From an uncultured Kiritimatiellota bacterium (GTDB lineage: Bacteria > Verrucomicrobiota > Kiritimatiellia > RFP12 > DVOR01), in contig CALXMV010000004.1 in assembly GCA_944389565.1 (NCBI GenBank), forward strand, positions 11,859 to 75,858: a stretch of DNA of 64,000 bases, in the 5' to 3' direction. Below the pieces are notes generated by a model. It saw nothing but the letters and a program-made list of their open reading frames with translations, was not told the DNA's origin and searched no databases. The translations under genes were made by a program, and so were the position numbers. This document shows, piece after piece, positions 1 to 8,275 of this stretch. Each line of letters begins with the position of its first letter. Positions within the stretch are counted from its first letter, which is position 1.

Positions 1-465
1 CAGGTACTTCACCATGACCGGCGCGGCGTGAAGGTGATCCACGGGAATATCGAAAAAGCCTTGGATCTGCTGGGCGTGCAGATCCATCGTGAGCACGCGG
101 TTGGCGCCGGCGGCGACCAGGAGGTTGGCCACCAGCTTGGCCGTGATCGGCACGCGGGGCTGGTCCTTGCGGTCCTGGCGGGCGTAGCCGAAATAAGGCA
201 GCACCGCGGTGATGCGGTCGGCCGAGCCCCGGCGCGCCGCGTCGATCATGATGAGCAGCTCCATCAGCATCTCGTTGGGCTGCCTGCAGATGGGCTGCAC
301 GAGGAAGAGATCCGCGCCGCGCACGTTGTCGCTGTATTTGCAGAAGGTCTCCCCGTCAGGGAAATGGCGAATGTCGATCGCCCCGAGCGTGGTGCCCATG
401 CACGCGGCGATCTTCTCGGCCAGGGGCCGGTTCGCGGTTCCGGAGAATACCTGAAGGTTTTCCAT
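1..465 (-). CDS. prs: ribose-phosphate pyrophosphokinase (N-terminal ~155 aa; C-terminus lies beyond window start)
   Basis: Minus-strand translation from ATG at ~463-465 reads [20 protein letters not shown]...[21 protein letters not shown]...[12 protein letters not shown], matching PRPP synthetase. Absent from the ORF track because the ORF is truncated by the window edge. Confidence 0.85.
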   Translation of the reverse strand, partial: MENLQVFSGTANRPLAEKIAACMGTTLGAIDIRHFPDGETFCKYSDNVRGADLFLVQPICRQPNEMLMELLIMIDAARRGSADRITAVLPYFGYARQDRKDQPRVPITAKLVANLLVAAGANRVLTMDLHAQQIQGFFDIPVDHLHAAPVMVKYL

Positions 466-483
466 CGCTCTTCCTCGTTTACG

Positions 484-1443
484 TCAGACGCCGCATGGTT
501 GCCCGACATGGATTCGAACCATGACTATGGGCGTCAAAGGCCCGTGTGCTGCCATTACACCATCGGGCAGCGTCTGTGTGCAAACGCGCCAGCATCCCGA
601 CAGGGCCGGGTGCGCCAGCGCGCGCTCCCCCTCCGCGCGGGACCCGACCAGCCCGAAAACCGTCGCGCCGCTGCCGCACAGGGTGACCCCCGCGCAACCG
701 GCCTCCCGCAAGGCGCGCGCCGTGCGGGCGACCTCGGGGAAAAGGCCTAGGCAGGGAGCCTCCAGGTCGTTCCCGACCGTCCGCGCGACCGCCTCGAACC
801 TTCCCGTCCGAAGGAAGAAGCCCAGATTATCCCACATCCCCTCATCGTTTGTCAAGGTTTTTTCCCCTGCCAGGCGGTCCCAGGCGCGGTAGACGGCGGG
901 GGTGGGGCAATGGGCCCCGCAATTGGCCAGCACCACCCAGAGGGGCGGGGCGCCGGCCATATCCACGCGCCCCACCCGTTCGCCGCGGCCGCGCATCCGT
1001 ACGGTGCCATCCAGCAGGAAGAGGGGCACGTCCGAGCCGAGGGCCGCCCCGATCGCGCACAGGCGCTCTTGCGGCAGACCCAGGCCCCACAGCGCGTCCA
1101 TCCCCCGCAGGACCGCCGCCGCGTCCGTCGAGCCGCCGCCGAGGCCGCCGCCCAGGGGGATCCGCTTGGCGATTCGGATCGCGGTGGGCAGGGGGCGCCC
1201 CACCTCGCGCTCCAGGGCCCGCGCGGCCCGCACCGCCAGATTGTCCTCGGCCCGCGCCGGCAGGGCGTCCACCGCCACGCCGTCGCCCACGATCTCCAGC
1301 GTCGTCGCCGGGGCCCGCCCCAGCGTCACCTCGTCGCCCAGCCCCACGAGCGTCACCAGCGAATCCAGCTCATGGAAGCCGTCCGCGCGCCGGCCCAGCA
1401 CGCGCAACCCCAGATTCACCTTCGCCGCCGCGAACACCTTCAT
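484..1443 (-). CDS. ispE: 4-diphosphocytidyl-2-C-methyl-D-erythritol kinase
   Basis: MKVFAAAKVNLGLRVLGRRADGFHELDSL... with the GHMP-kinase motif IPLGGGLGGGSTDAA and a C-terminal GSGATVF. ATG at 1441-1443. The frame stays open through the tRNA-Gln sequence to the stop at 484-486, so the 3' end is uncertain. Confidence 0.75.
   Translation of the reverse strand: MKVFAAAKVNLGLRVLGRRADGFHELDSLVTLVGLGDEVTLGRAPATTLEIVGDGVAVDALPARAEDNLAVRAARALEREVGRPLPTAIRIAKRIPLGGGLGGGSTDAAAVLRGMDALWGLGLPQERLCAIGAALGSDVPLFLLDGTVRMRGRGERVGRVDMAGAPPLWVVLANCGAHCPTPAVYRAWDRLAGEKTLTNDEGMWDNLGFFLRTGRFEAVARTVGNDLEAPCLGLFPEVARTARALREAGCAGVTLCGSGATVFGLVGSRAEGERALAHPALSGCWRVCTQTLPDGVMAAHGPLTPIVMVRIHVGQPCGV
496..569 (-). tRNA. 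tRNA-Gln (anticodon UUG)
   Basis: 74-nt cloverleaf read by hand. 7-bp acceptor stem TGCCCGA/TCGGGCA, 3-bp D-stem (typical of tRNA-Gln), anticodon loop CTTTGAC with U33 and A37, T-arm CATGG-TTCGAAT-CCATG, discriminator A and an encoded CCA. Confidence 0.8.
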
Positions 1444-1540
1444 CACGATCTCCTTTGGCCCGCATTGTACCATATTGGCTGATTGGCGGGTGGGCTGATC
1501 GGGGCGCCCCGTTCGGGGCGACGGGCAGGTTCTCGCCCGG

Positions 1541-1630
1541 GAGTCGGGAGGGTTCGGGCGGAACCCTAAGGGGTCTGACCCGAAACCCTTAAGGGTTTGG
1601 GGCGGGAGTCGGGAGGGTCTGGGGCGCGAG
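1541..1630. repeat. REP-like intergenic repeat, locus A (GTCGGGAGGG / GAAACCCT(T)AAGGG modules)
   Basis: cgggagtcgggagggttcgggcggaaccctaaggggtctgacccgaaacccttaagggtttggggcgggagtcgggagggtctgggg. Confidence 0.6.
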
Positions 1631-3358
1631 GCCGGCCTGGGCGAGGAGCCTGGCGTAGGGGCCGGGGTGGGCCAGGAGGTCGGCGGGGGCGCCGGTCTCG
1701 ACGATACGGCCGGCTTCAAGGTAGCAGATGCGGGTGGCGTGGCGGATGGTGGTGAGGCGATGGGCGATGATGAGGGTGGTGCGGCCCGCGGAGAGGCGGG
1801 CGAGGGCCTTCTGGACGGCGGCCTCGGAGAAGGTGTCGAGGGCGGAGGTGGCCTCGTCGAGGATGAGGATGGGGGGATCTTTGAGGAAGACGCGGGCGAT
1901 GGCGAGGCGTTGGGCCTGGCCGCCGGAGAGGCGGAGGCCGTGCTCGCCGACGGGGGCGTCGAGGCCGTCGGGGTGGGCACGGATGGCGGGGGCGAGGTCG
2001 GCGGCGGCGAGGGCGTTCCAGAGCTCGGCGTCGGCGGCGCCGGGCTTGCCGAGGAGGAGGTTGTCGCGGACGGAGCCATCGAAGAGGAAGGGGCGTTGGG
2101 CGACGATGCCGATGGCGGCGCGGAGGTCGCGTTTGGGGATGGTGGCGGTGTCGCGGCCGTCAAGGAGGATGCGGCCGGCGGTGGGGGCGTAGAAGCGGGG
2201 GATGAGGGCGGCAAGGGTGGATTTGCCGCCGCCGCTGGGGCCGACGAGCGCGCAGACGGCCCCGGCGGGCAGGGTGAGGGAGGGGATGTCGAGGACGTCG
2301 CGCACGGCGCCGGGGTAGCGGAAGCGGAGCCCCTCCAGGCGGATGTCGCCGCGGACGCGCCCAAGGGGCGGGGCCGAGCCGGCGGGGTCGTCCTCGGGGG
2401 GTTGGGCGACAAACTCGCGGAAGCGGCGGAAGCCGACGAGCCCCTGCTGGAAGAGGTCGAGGAAGCCCACGATGCGGAGCATGGGGGCGGTGACGTAGCG
2501 CGAGTACATGAAGAAGGCGAAGACCTGGGCGAGGGTGGCGGAGTCGCGGGCGACAAGCCAGGCGCCGAGGGCGATGTAGAGCAGGGAGTAACCCTCGAGG
2601 AGGAGTTGGGTGCCGGAGAAAAGGGGGGCGTAGAGGGCGGAGACCCGTTCGAAGGAGCGGCGGAAGCGGGCGTTGGCATGGCGGAAGGCCCGGCGGGCGC
2701 GCGCCTCGCCGGTGAAGCTCTTGATTTCGCGGATGCCTTGGACGGCGTTCTCCACGTGGGCGGCGAAGGCGGCGGCCTCCCGGCGATTCTCGCGCCAGAC
2801 CTGGTGGATGCGCTTCTGGAAGCACCCGGCGAAGAAGAGGATGAAGGGCACGGGGATGAGGGTGAAGGCCGCGAGCGTGGGGTTGATCCAGAACATGAAG
2901 CCAAAGGCCCCCACAAGCGTCAGGGAAATCTCCAGCAGCGCCTCAGGGAGCAGGTGCGCGGTGGAGCCGACCATGCGCAGGTCGGAGGTGACGCGGCTGA
3001 GGACCTCGCCGGTCTTGGTGCGGTCGAAAAAGGCGAAGGGGAGGCGTTGCAGATGGTCGAAGAAGTCCGCGCGCAGGGCGGCCTCGACGCGGAAACCCAA
3101 CCATTGCCCGCAGATGGTGCCGCACCACTCCAAGGCCGCCGCGCCCACGGCCAGCAACGCGAAGAGCAACGCGCACCACCCCGTCGCCCGAAGATCCCCC
3201 GCCGGCAGGCAGACCTGGAAGACGTGCAGGGCGACGGCTGGGATGAGCAGGCGGGCCCCCGCCCGCGCCACCACCGTCGCCAGATCCGCCGCCAGGAGCC
3301 TCCCCTGCGCGCGATAATAGCCGCACACCGTCCGCAACCACTGAAACACCGTCTTCAT
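1589..3358 (-). CDS. ABC transporter, fused permease/ATP-binding protein (MsbA-like exporter)
   Basis: 589 aa with an N-terminal 6-TM domain, Walker A GPSGGGKST, signature LSGGQAQRLAIARV and Walker B ILILDEATSALD. The C-terminal codons run into the REP-like repeat at ~1590-1630. Confidence 0.85.
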   Translation of the reverse strand: MKTVFQWLRTVCGYYRAQGRLLAADLATVVARAGARLLIPAVALHVFQVCLPAGDLRATGWCALLFALLAVGAAALEWCGTICGQWLGFRVEAALRADFFDHLQRLPFAFFDRTKTGEVLSRVTSDLRMVGSTAHLLPEALLEISLTLVGAFGFMFWINPTLAAFTLIPVPFILFFAGCFQKRIHQVWRENRREAAAFAAHVENAVQGIREIKSFTGEARARRAFRHANARFRRSFERVSALYAPLFSGTQLLLEGYSLLYIALGAWLVARDSATLAQVFAFFMYSRYVTAPMLRIVGFLDLFQQGLVGFRRFREFVAQPPEDDPAGSAPPLGRVRGDIRLEGLRFRYPGAVRDVLDIPSLTLPAGAVCALVGPSGGGKSTLAALIPRFYAPTAGRILLDGRDTATIPKRDLRAAIGIVAQRPFLFDGSVRDNLLLGKPGAADAELWNALAAADLAPAIRAHPDGLDAPVGEHGLRLSGGQAQRLAIARVFLKDPPILILDEATSALDTFSEAAVQKALARLSAGRTTLIIAHRLTTIRHATRICYLEAGRIVETGAPADLLAHPGPYARLLAQAGLAPQTLPTPAPNP

Positions 3359-3521
3359 GCTCGACCTTTCCTCTTTGACTGCGCGAAATCATAGCACATC
3401 TTTCAGGATTTTGTTTGTCAAGACTTATATTTTTTCAAGACAACAAATACCAAATAACACACAAAACACAATGCAAAACAATTGAGATAGCACAAATTAG
3501 AGAATTATAATAAAAATGCTT

Positions 3522-3550
3522 GACACGCCGAAAAGGAAGGCGTATCATAG
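3522..3550 (+). promoter_or_regulatory. sigma70-like promoter (TTGACA-N17-TATCAT) inside a ~230-bp AT-rich island upstream of the radical-SAM/ECF operon
   Basis: ttgacacgccgaaaaggaaggcgtatcat sits ~40 nt upstream of the ATG at 3589. The surrounding region 3360-3588 is ~30% GC in a ~68% GC genome. Confidence 0.45.
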
Positions 3551-3588
3551 GGGCAATTATTCGACATCGCTAAGGAAAACCCGAAGCC

Positions 3589-4899
3589 ATGAACGACCTT
3601 TTCCTGCTTCCCGAGGAACGGACGGCGCTGCTGAGGCGCCTTTCTGAGAAACGTGCCGCCCCGCATGGCGACATGCTCTCCCTGCTGAGCCAGCCCACCC
3701 CGCCCGAGGCGCTCCAGCGCGTCTGGGCGGAGACCGCGCCGACCGAGGGCCAGCCGCTCATCCTCTACGTGCACGTGCCCTTCTGCATCAGCCGGTGCGC
3801 CTTCTGCGGTTTCTACGCCCACCGCACGGACGATGCGGCGCTGGAGGCTTACACGCGGCGCCTCCTCCGGGAGATCGAGCGCGAGGCCGGGCGCGGTGCC
3901 TTCACCGAGAAGCCGGTGGACGTGGTGTATTTCGGCGGGGGCACGCCGACGGCGCTGAGCGCCGACCAGCTGCGCCGCGTCATCGGGGCGATTTACCGAC
4001 ACTTCAACGTCGCGCCGGACGTGGAGTTCACCGTCGAGGGGCGCATCCATGGCTTCGACGACGAGCGGGTGCGGGCGTGTCTGGAGTCCGGCGCGACGCG
4101 TTTCTCCTTCGGCGTGCAGAGTTTCCAGACGGCGCTTCGGCGGAGCCTCGGGCGGCGGGACAGCCGCGAGGAGATCCTCGCCCGCCTGGAGACCATCAAA
4201 GCCATCTGCGGCGACAAGGTCGCCTTGGTGGCCGACCTGATCTACGGCCTGCCGGGGCAGACGCAGGAGCAGTGGCTGGAGGAGAACGTCAAGACCGTGC
4301 ACGCCTCGGCGCTCGACGGCGTGGATCTCTATTCCCTCAAGGTCTTCCCCGGACTGCCGCTCGCCAAGCGAATGGAGACCGAGGGCTGGAGCGAGGAGGA
4401 ACGCGCGGCCCGCCACGCGGCGGCCTGCGACTGGCTGGCCGCGCAGGGGTGGCGGCAGCTCTCCTGCACGCATTGGGGGCGCAACGCGCTGGAGCGCAAC
4501 CGTTACAACCATTGGGCGAAGACGGGGGCCGACATCGTGCCCTTCGGGTGCGGCGCGGGCGGTTTCGTCGGCGACCGTTCCTTCATGCAGACCGGCGACC
4601 TCGCCGCGTGGGGGCGGATGGTCGACGCCGACGAGAAACCCCTCGCCTCCGCGCTCCTCAAGCCGGCGAACCACCGCCTCCGCGCCCGTCTGGCCGACCA
4701 GCTCGAACGCGGCGTCTTCGACCCTGACGATTTCCCGGGCGCCGACCTCTCCCCGTTGCTGGAGAACTGGGAGCGGGCCGGCGTCTGGGTCTCCCTTCCC
4801 GACGGCGGCTACCGCCTGACGCGCCTGGGCGAATATTACGAGACGAAACTGGCGGCGCTGCTCACGGGCTGCCTCCTTTCCGGGATGGGGGGCCGCTGA
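3589..4899 (+). CDS. HemN-family radical SAM protein (HemW/HutW/ChuW-like; oxygen-independent coproporphyrinogen oxidase family)
   Basis: 436 aa. The motifs YVHVPFCISRCAFCGF (CxxxCxxC) and VYFGGGTPT, plus a HemN_C-like C-terminus, fit this family. Confidence 0.8.
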   Translation: MNDLFLLPEERTALLRRLSEKRAAPHGDMLSLLSQPTPPEALQRVWAETAPTEGQPLILYVHVPFCISRCAFCGFYAHRTDDAALEAYTRRLLREIEREAGRGAFTEKPVDVVYFGGGTPTALSADQLRRVIGAIYRHFNVAPDVEFTVEGRIHGFDDERVRACLESGATRFSFGVQSFQTALRRSLGRRDSREEILARLETIKAICGDKVALVADLIYGLPGQTQEQWLEENVKTVHASALDGVDLYSLKVFPGLPLAKRMETEGWSEEERAARHAAACDWLAAQGWRQLSCTHWGRNALERNRYNHWAKTGADIVPFGCGAGGFVGDRSFMQTGDLAAWGRMVDADEKPLASALLKPANHRLRARLADQLERGVFDPDDFPGADLSPLLENWERAGVWVSLPDGGYRLTRLGEYYETKLAALLTGCLLSGMGGR

Positions 4900-5457
4900 G
4901 TGGGCGCCTTGCGCAAAGGGTTCTACTGGGACACCGAGAGCCTGATCGTCGTGGGGCTCTTCACGGCGCTGGGCAAGGCCGCCTCCCTCCTCGTCGCCCT
5001 CCTGGGCGGGGGGATGAACCCCGTGACGCTGCTGCTGAAGAACGGCATCGCCACGGCGCTCCTGGTGGTGATGGTGGCGCGGGTGCGGAAGTTCGGCGCG
5101 CTGATGCTGTACACGTTGGTGGCGCAGGTGGTGTCGTTCCTGATGACGGGCGGGATCATGGTGAGCACGTTGCCGCTCTATCTGCTGGGGGCGTTGGTGG
5201 CGGATGGGCTGATCGCGCTGTGCGGGGGCTACCGCAAGGTCTGGGCGGTGCTGGTGGGGGTGGCGATCTACGACGCCTTCGGGCGGCTCTTTGGGTTGGC
5301 GATGTCGTTCCTGATGGCGCGTGAGAACGTGGGCATGGTGGGTGTGGGCGCAGTGATCGTGGCCTTCGGGTATCTGGGGTGCCTCTTCGTGGGGCTGCCC
5401 TGCGGCGCGAAATTCGTGAAGGAGCTCCGTCATGCGGGCATCATCCGTGAAGTCTGA
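4900..5457 (+). CDS. small polytopic membrane protein, putative ECF transporter substrate-specific (S) component
   Basis: 185 aa with ~5-6 hydrophobic helices. GTG start overlaps the upstream stop (TGAGTG). It lies immediately upstream of the EcfT and EcfA genes. Confidence 0.45.
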   Translation: MGALRKGFYWDTESLIVVGLFTALGKAASLLVALLGGGMNPVTLLLKNGIATALLVVMVARVRKFGALMLYTLVAQVVSFLMTGGIMVSTLPLYLLGALVADGLIALCGGYRKVWAVLVGVAIYDAFGRLFGLAMSFLMARENVGMVGVGAVIVAFGYLGCLFVGLPCGAKFVKELRHAGIIREV

Positions 5458-6253
5458 GGCGCTGGACATCCGCACGCGGCTGGCGATCTCGCTGGCGGTC
5501 TCGGGCGTCTCCATCTACCTGAGCGGCACGGGACCGCTCCTCGCCCTGGGCGCGGCGACGTTGCTCTACGTGCTCGCCTCTGGGCGTTACAGGGTGATTG
5601 CGGTCTCGTATCTGGCCGTCTGCGCGATGATGGCCTTCACGGTGGGCGTCATCGTCGTCTCCTTCAAGATCGGCGAATGGCTGGTGGCGGGGACGGCGTG
5701 GGAGAAATCGGTGGCGATGCTCAAGCCGGCGATGTTGGGCAACTTCCACACGCCCTTCCTGCGCATGATCCCCGCGCTCAACGTGCTTCTGGCCATCGGG
5801 CTGGACTTCTCGGTGCAGCGGTTCGTCGGCGCGATGAAGAGCCTGCGCCTGCCGCGCGTGGCGCTCGTGCCGCTGATGGTTTTCTGCCGGTTCGTGCCGG
5901 AGTTCGTGGACGTCATCCGGCAGTTGCGCGACGCGGTTCGGATGCGCGGCTTCTCGATGAGCTTGGGCGCTGCGCTCGTGCATCCCATCCAAGCCATCCG
6001 CCTGACGGTGGTGCCGCTGACGGTGCGCACGCTCCGCATGGCCGACCATCTCTCCGTCGCCGCCGAGATGAAGCGCGTGGGCTACGCCAAACGCCCCACG
6101 CAATTGCTCGCGCTGCGCTTCGGCAAGGCCGATTTCGCGGTACTCGTCGCCGCGGCGCACATCCTCGCCCTCATCTGCGTGTGGCAGGCCCTCATCCCCG
6201 CCACGCCCTACGGGCCCCGCTCCGTCCAAACCCAGGAGGCGCGCCATGAGTGA
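5432..6253 (+). CDS. ECF transporter transmembrane (T) component, CbiQ/EcfT family
   Basis: 273 aa membrane protein with CbiQ-like topology. It overlaps the downstream ATPase gene by 8 nt. Confidence 0.65.
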   Translation: MRASSVKSEALDIRTRLAISLAVSGVSIYLSGTGPLLALGAATLLYVLASGRYRVIAVSYLAVCAMMAFTVGVIVVSFKIGEWLVAGTAWEKSVAMLKPAMLGNFHTPFLRMIPALNVLLAIGLDFSVQRFVGAMKSLRLPRVALVPLMVFCRFVPEFVDVIRQLRDAVRMRGFSMSLGAALVHPIQAIRLTVVPLTVRTLRMADHLSVAAEMKRVGYAKRPTQLLALRFGKADFAVLVAAAHILALICVWQALIPATPYGPRSVQTQEARHE

Positions 6254-7700
6254 CCTGATGGTCGAGGCCGAGGACGTCGCCTACCGCTATCCCTTCGCCG
6301 AGGTCCCCGCGCTCGAAGGGCTCACCTTCCGTCTTCGCAAAGGCGAGGCGATGCTCATCACCGGCGCCAGCGGCTGCGGCAAATCGACCCTCCTGCGCCT
6401 GCTCAACGGCCTCATCCCCAACCATTACAAAGGCACGCTCACCGGCGCGCTCACGGTGGCCGGTGAGACCTGCCCCGTGCCGATGGAGACGTTGGCCAAG
6501 CGCATCGGCACCGTCCTCCAGAATCCCGACGAGCAGTTCTTCGCCACCACCGTGGAGGAGGAGGTCGCCCTGACGCTCGAATGGCAATGCCGCCCGCGCG
6601 AGGAGATCCGCCGCCGCGTGGATGGTGCCCTGCGCGTGCTCGATCTCACCGACCTCGCCCGTCGCTCCGTCTTCACCCTCTCCTCCGGCGAGAAGCAGAA
6701 GGCCACCCTTGCCGCCGTCCTCGCCGCCGAAGCCGACCTCGTGGTGATGGACGAGCCGACGGCCAACCTCTCCCCCGAGGCCACCGACGAGCTCGCCCGC
6801 CTCATCCTCCGCCTCAAGGCCCACGGCGTCACCCTCGTCATCGTCGATCACCGCCTCTACTGGCTTCGCGGCGTGCTCGACCGCCTGCTCGTGCTCGACC
6901 GCGGGCATGCCGTCTTCAACGCCGAGAGGATGCCCGGCGGCGAGGATTTGCTGGATGTGCTCGCCGCCCAGCCGCGCGTGGCCGACTGGGGGCTCCGCCG
7001 CGTGAACGTCGCCCGCCCCGACCTGCCGCCCTGCGACACCTTCGGCGCGCCCGCCGTGGAGATTCGCGGCCTTGTCTTCCGCCATTCCAAGAAGACCCGT
7101 CTGATTTACGACGGCTTCTCCGCGCGCATCCCCCGCGGCACCATCACCGCCATCGTCGGCGCCAACGGCGCCGGCAAGACCACCCTCGCGCGCCTCCTTT
7201 GCGGCCTCGCCAAACCGCAATCCGGCGAGATCCTCTACGAAGGCCGCGCCCTGCGCCGCCGCGACATCCGCGAACGCGCCGCCTTCGTCATGCAGCAGAT
7301 GGACATCCAGCTCTTCATGCGCACCGTCCGCGAGGAGCTCCTCTTCTCCGCGCCCCGCGCCGTTCCCCGCGCCGACCGCGAGGCCGAGGCCGACCGCCTC
7401 CTGGCACTTTTCGGGTTGGCGCACCTGGCCGAACGCCACCCACAGTCCCTCTCCGGCGGCGAGAAGCAGCGCCTCGTCGTCGCCTGCGCCCTGATGAAGC
7501 GCCCCACCCTGCTCATCCTCGACGAGCCCACCAGCGGCCTCGACGGCCGCAATATGCGCGTCATCGCCGCCCAACTCGCCCAATTCGCCCTCGACGGCGG
7601 CGCCGCCCTGCTCATCACCCACGATCTGGAACTGTTGGAACTGGTCGCCCAGTGCCAACTCCGCATTGTCGAACCGAAACGAAAGGATCCCGAACCATGA
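6246..7700 (+). CDS. ECF transporter ATPase, fused tandem EcfA1-EcfA2 (two ABC ATPase domains)
   Basis: 484 aa with two complete ABC ATPase motif sets. First set: GASGCGKST ... LSSGEKQKATLAAV ... VVMDEPTANLS. Second set: GANGAGKTT ... LSGGEKQRLVVACAL ... LILDEPTSGLD. Confidence 0.85.
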   Translation: MSDLMVEAEDVAYRYPFAEVPALEGLTFRLRKGEAMLITGASGCGKSTLLRLLNGLIPNHYKGTLTGALTVAGETCPVPMETLAKRIGTVLQNPDEQFFATTVEEEVALTLEWQCRPREEIRRRVDGALRVLDLTDLARRSVFTLSSGEKQKATLAAVLAAEADLVVMDEPTANLSPEATDELARLILRLKAHGVTLVIVDHRLYWLRGVLDRLLVLDRGHAVFNAERMPGGEDLLDVLAAQPRVADWGLRRVNVARPDLPPCDTFGAPAVEIRGLVFRHSKKTRLIYDGFSARIPRGTITAIVGANGAGKTTLARLLCGLAKPQSGEILYEGRALRRRDIRERAAFVMQQMDIQLFMRTVREELLFSAPRAVPRADREAEADRLLALFGLAHLAERHPQSLSGGEKQRLVVACALMKRPTLLILDEPTSGLDGRNMRVIAAQLAQFALDGGAALLITHDLELLELVAQCQLRIVEPKRKDPEP

Positions 7701-8206
7701 AGACACTCGTTGTCTACTCCACCGAGACCGGCAACACCAAGAAGGTCGCCGAGGCCATCGCCAAGGCCCTTCCCGGCGCCGAGCTCTACGACGTCAAGGC
7801 CGCGCCCGACCCCGCCGCCTACGACTTCATCGCCATGGGCTTCTGGGTCGACAAGGGCGGCCCCAACAAGGAAGCCGCCGAGTACATGAAGAAGATCTGC
7901 GGCAAGAAGGTCTTCACCTTCTTCACTCTCGGCGCCAACCCTGATTCCATGCACGCCAAGACCTGCGCCGAGGCCGCCCCCAAATCCTACGGCGAAGGCA
8001 CCGAGCAGGTCGCCGCCTTCTGGTGCCAAGGCGCCATCGCCCCCAATCTCATCGCCTGGATGCGCAAAATGCCCGCCGGCAACCCCCATGCCCCGACCCC
8101 CGAGGCCGAAAAGCGTTGGGCCGAGGCCGCCAAGCATCCCGACGAAACCGATCTCCAGCACGCCGCCCAGGCCGCCGCCGAGGCTCTCGCCAAGGTCCAG
8201 GCCTAA
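7697..8206 (+). CDS. flavodoxin-like protein
   Basis: MKTLVVYSTETGNTKKVAEAIA... is a flavodoxin FMN-binding N-terminus. Its ATG overlaps the ATPase stop (ATGA), indicating translational coupling. 169 aa. Confidence 0.8.
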   Translation: MKTLVVYSTETGNTKKVAEAIAKALPGAELYDVKAAPDPAAYDFIAMGFWVDKGGPNKEAAEYMKKICGKKVFTFFTLGANPDSMHAKTCAEAAPKSYGEGTEQVAAFWCQGAIAPNLIAWMRKMPAGNPHAPTPEAEKRWAEAAKHPDETDLQHAAQAAAEALAKVQA

Positions 8207-8275
8207 GCGGAACATCGTGCGGGTCTCCAGCGTCCGCGAAACCCAAACACAACCAACAACAAGGACTCAATCCTT

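Noticed and set aside
484-2916. 810-aa minus-strand ORF rich in Ser/Pro/Thr/Ala extending far beyond ispE
   Set aside because: Only the last 319 codons (ispE) are biologically sensible. The upstream part is the antisense frame of the ABC exporter gene with extreme low complexity. High GC suppresses stop codons.
3440-3520. Possible Fur box in the AT-rich island (aattataataaaaatg)
   Set aside because: Only a loose resemblance to the GATAATGATAATCATTATC consensus. It is kept as a hypothesis within the operon finding, not annotated as a feature.
3505-5514. 669-aa minus-strand ORF antisense to the radical SAM and membrane genes
   Set aside because: Arg/Gly/Pro/His-rich low-complexity translation with no motifs. 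The sense-strand genes have clear domain signatures.
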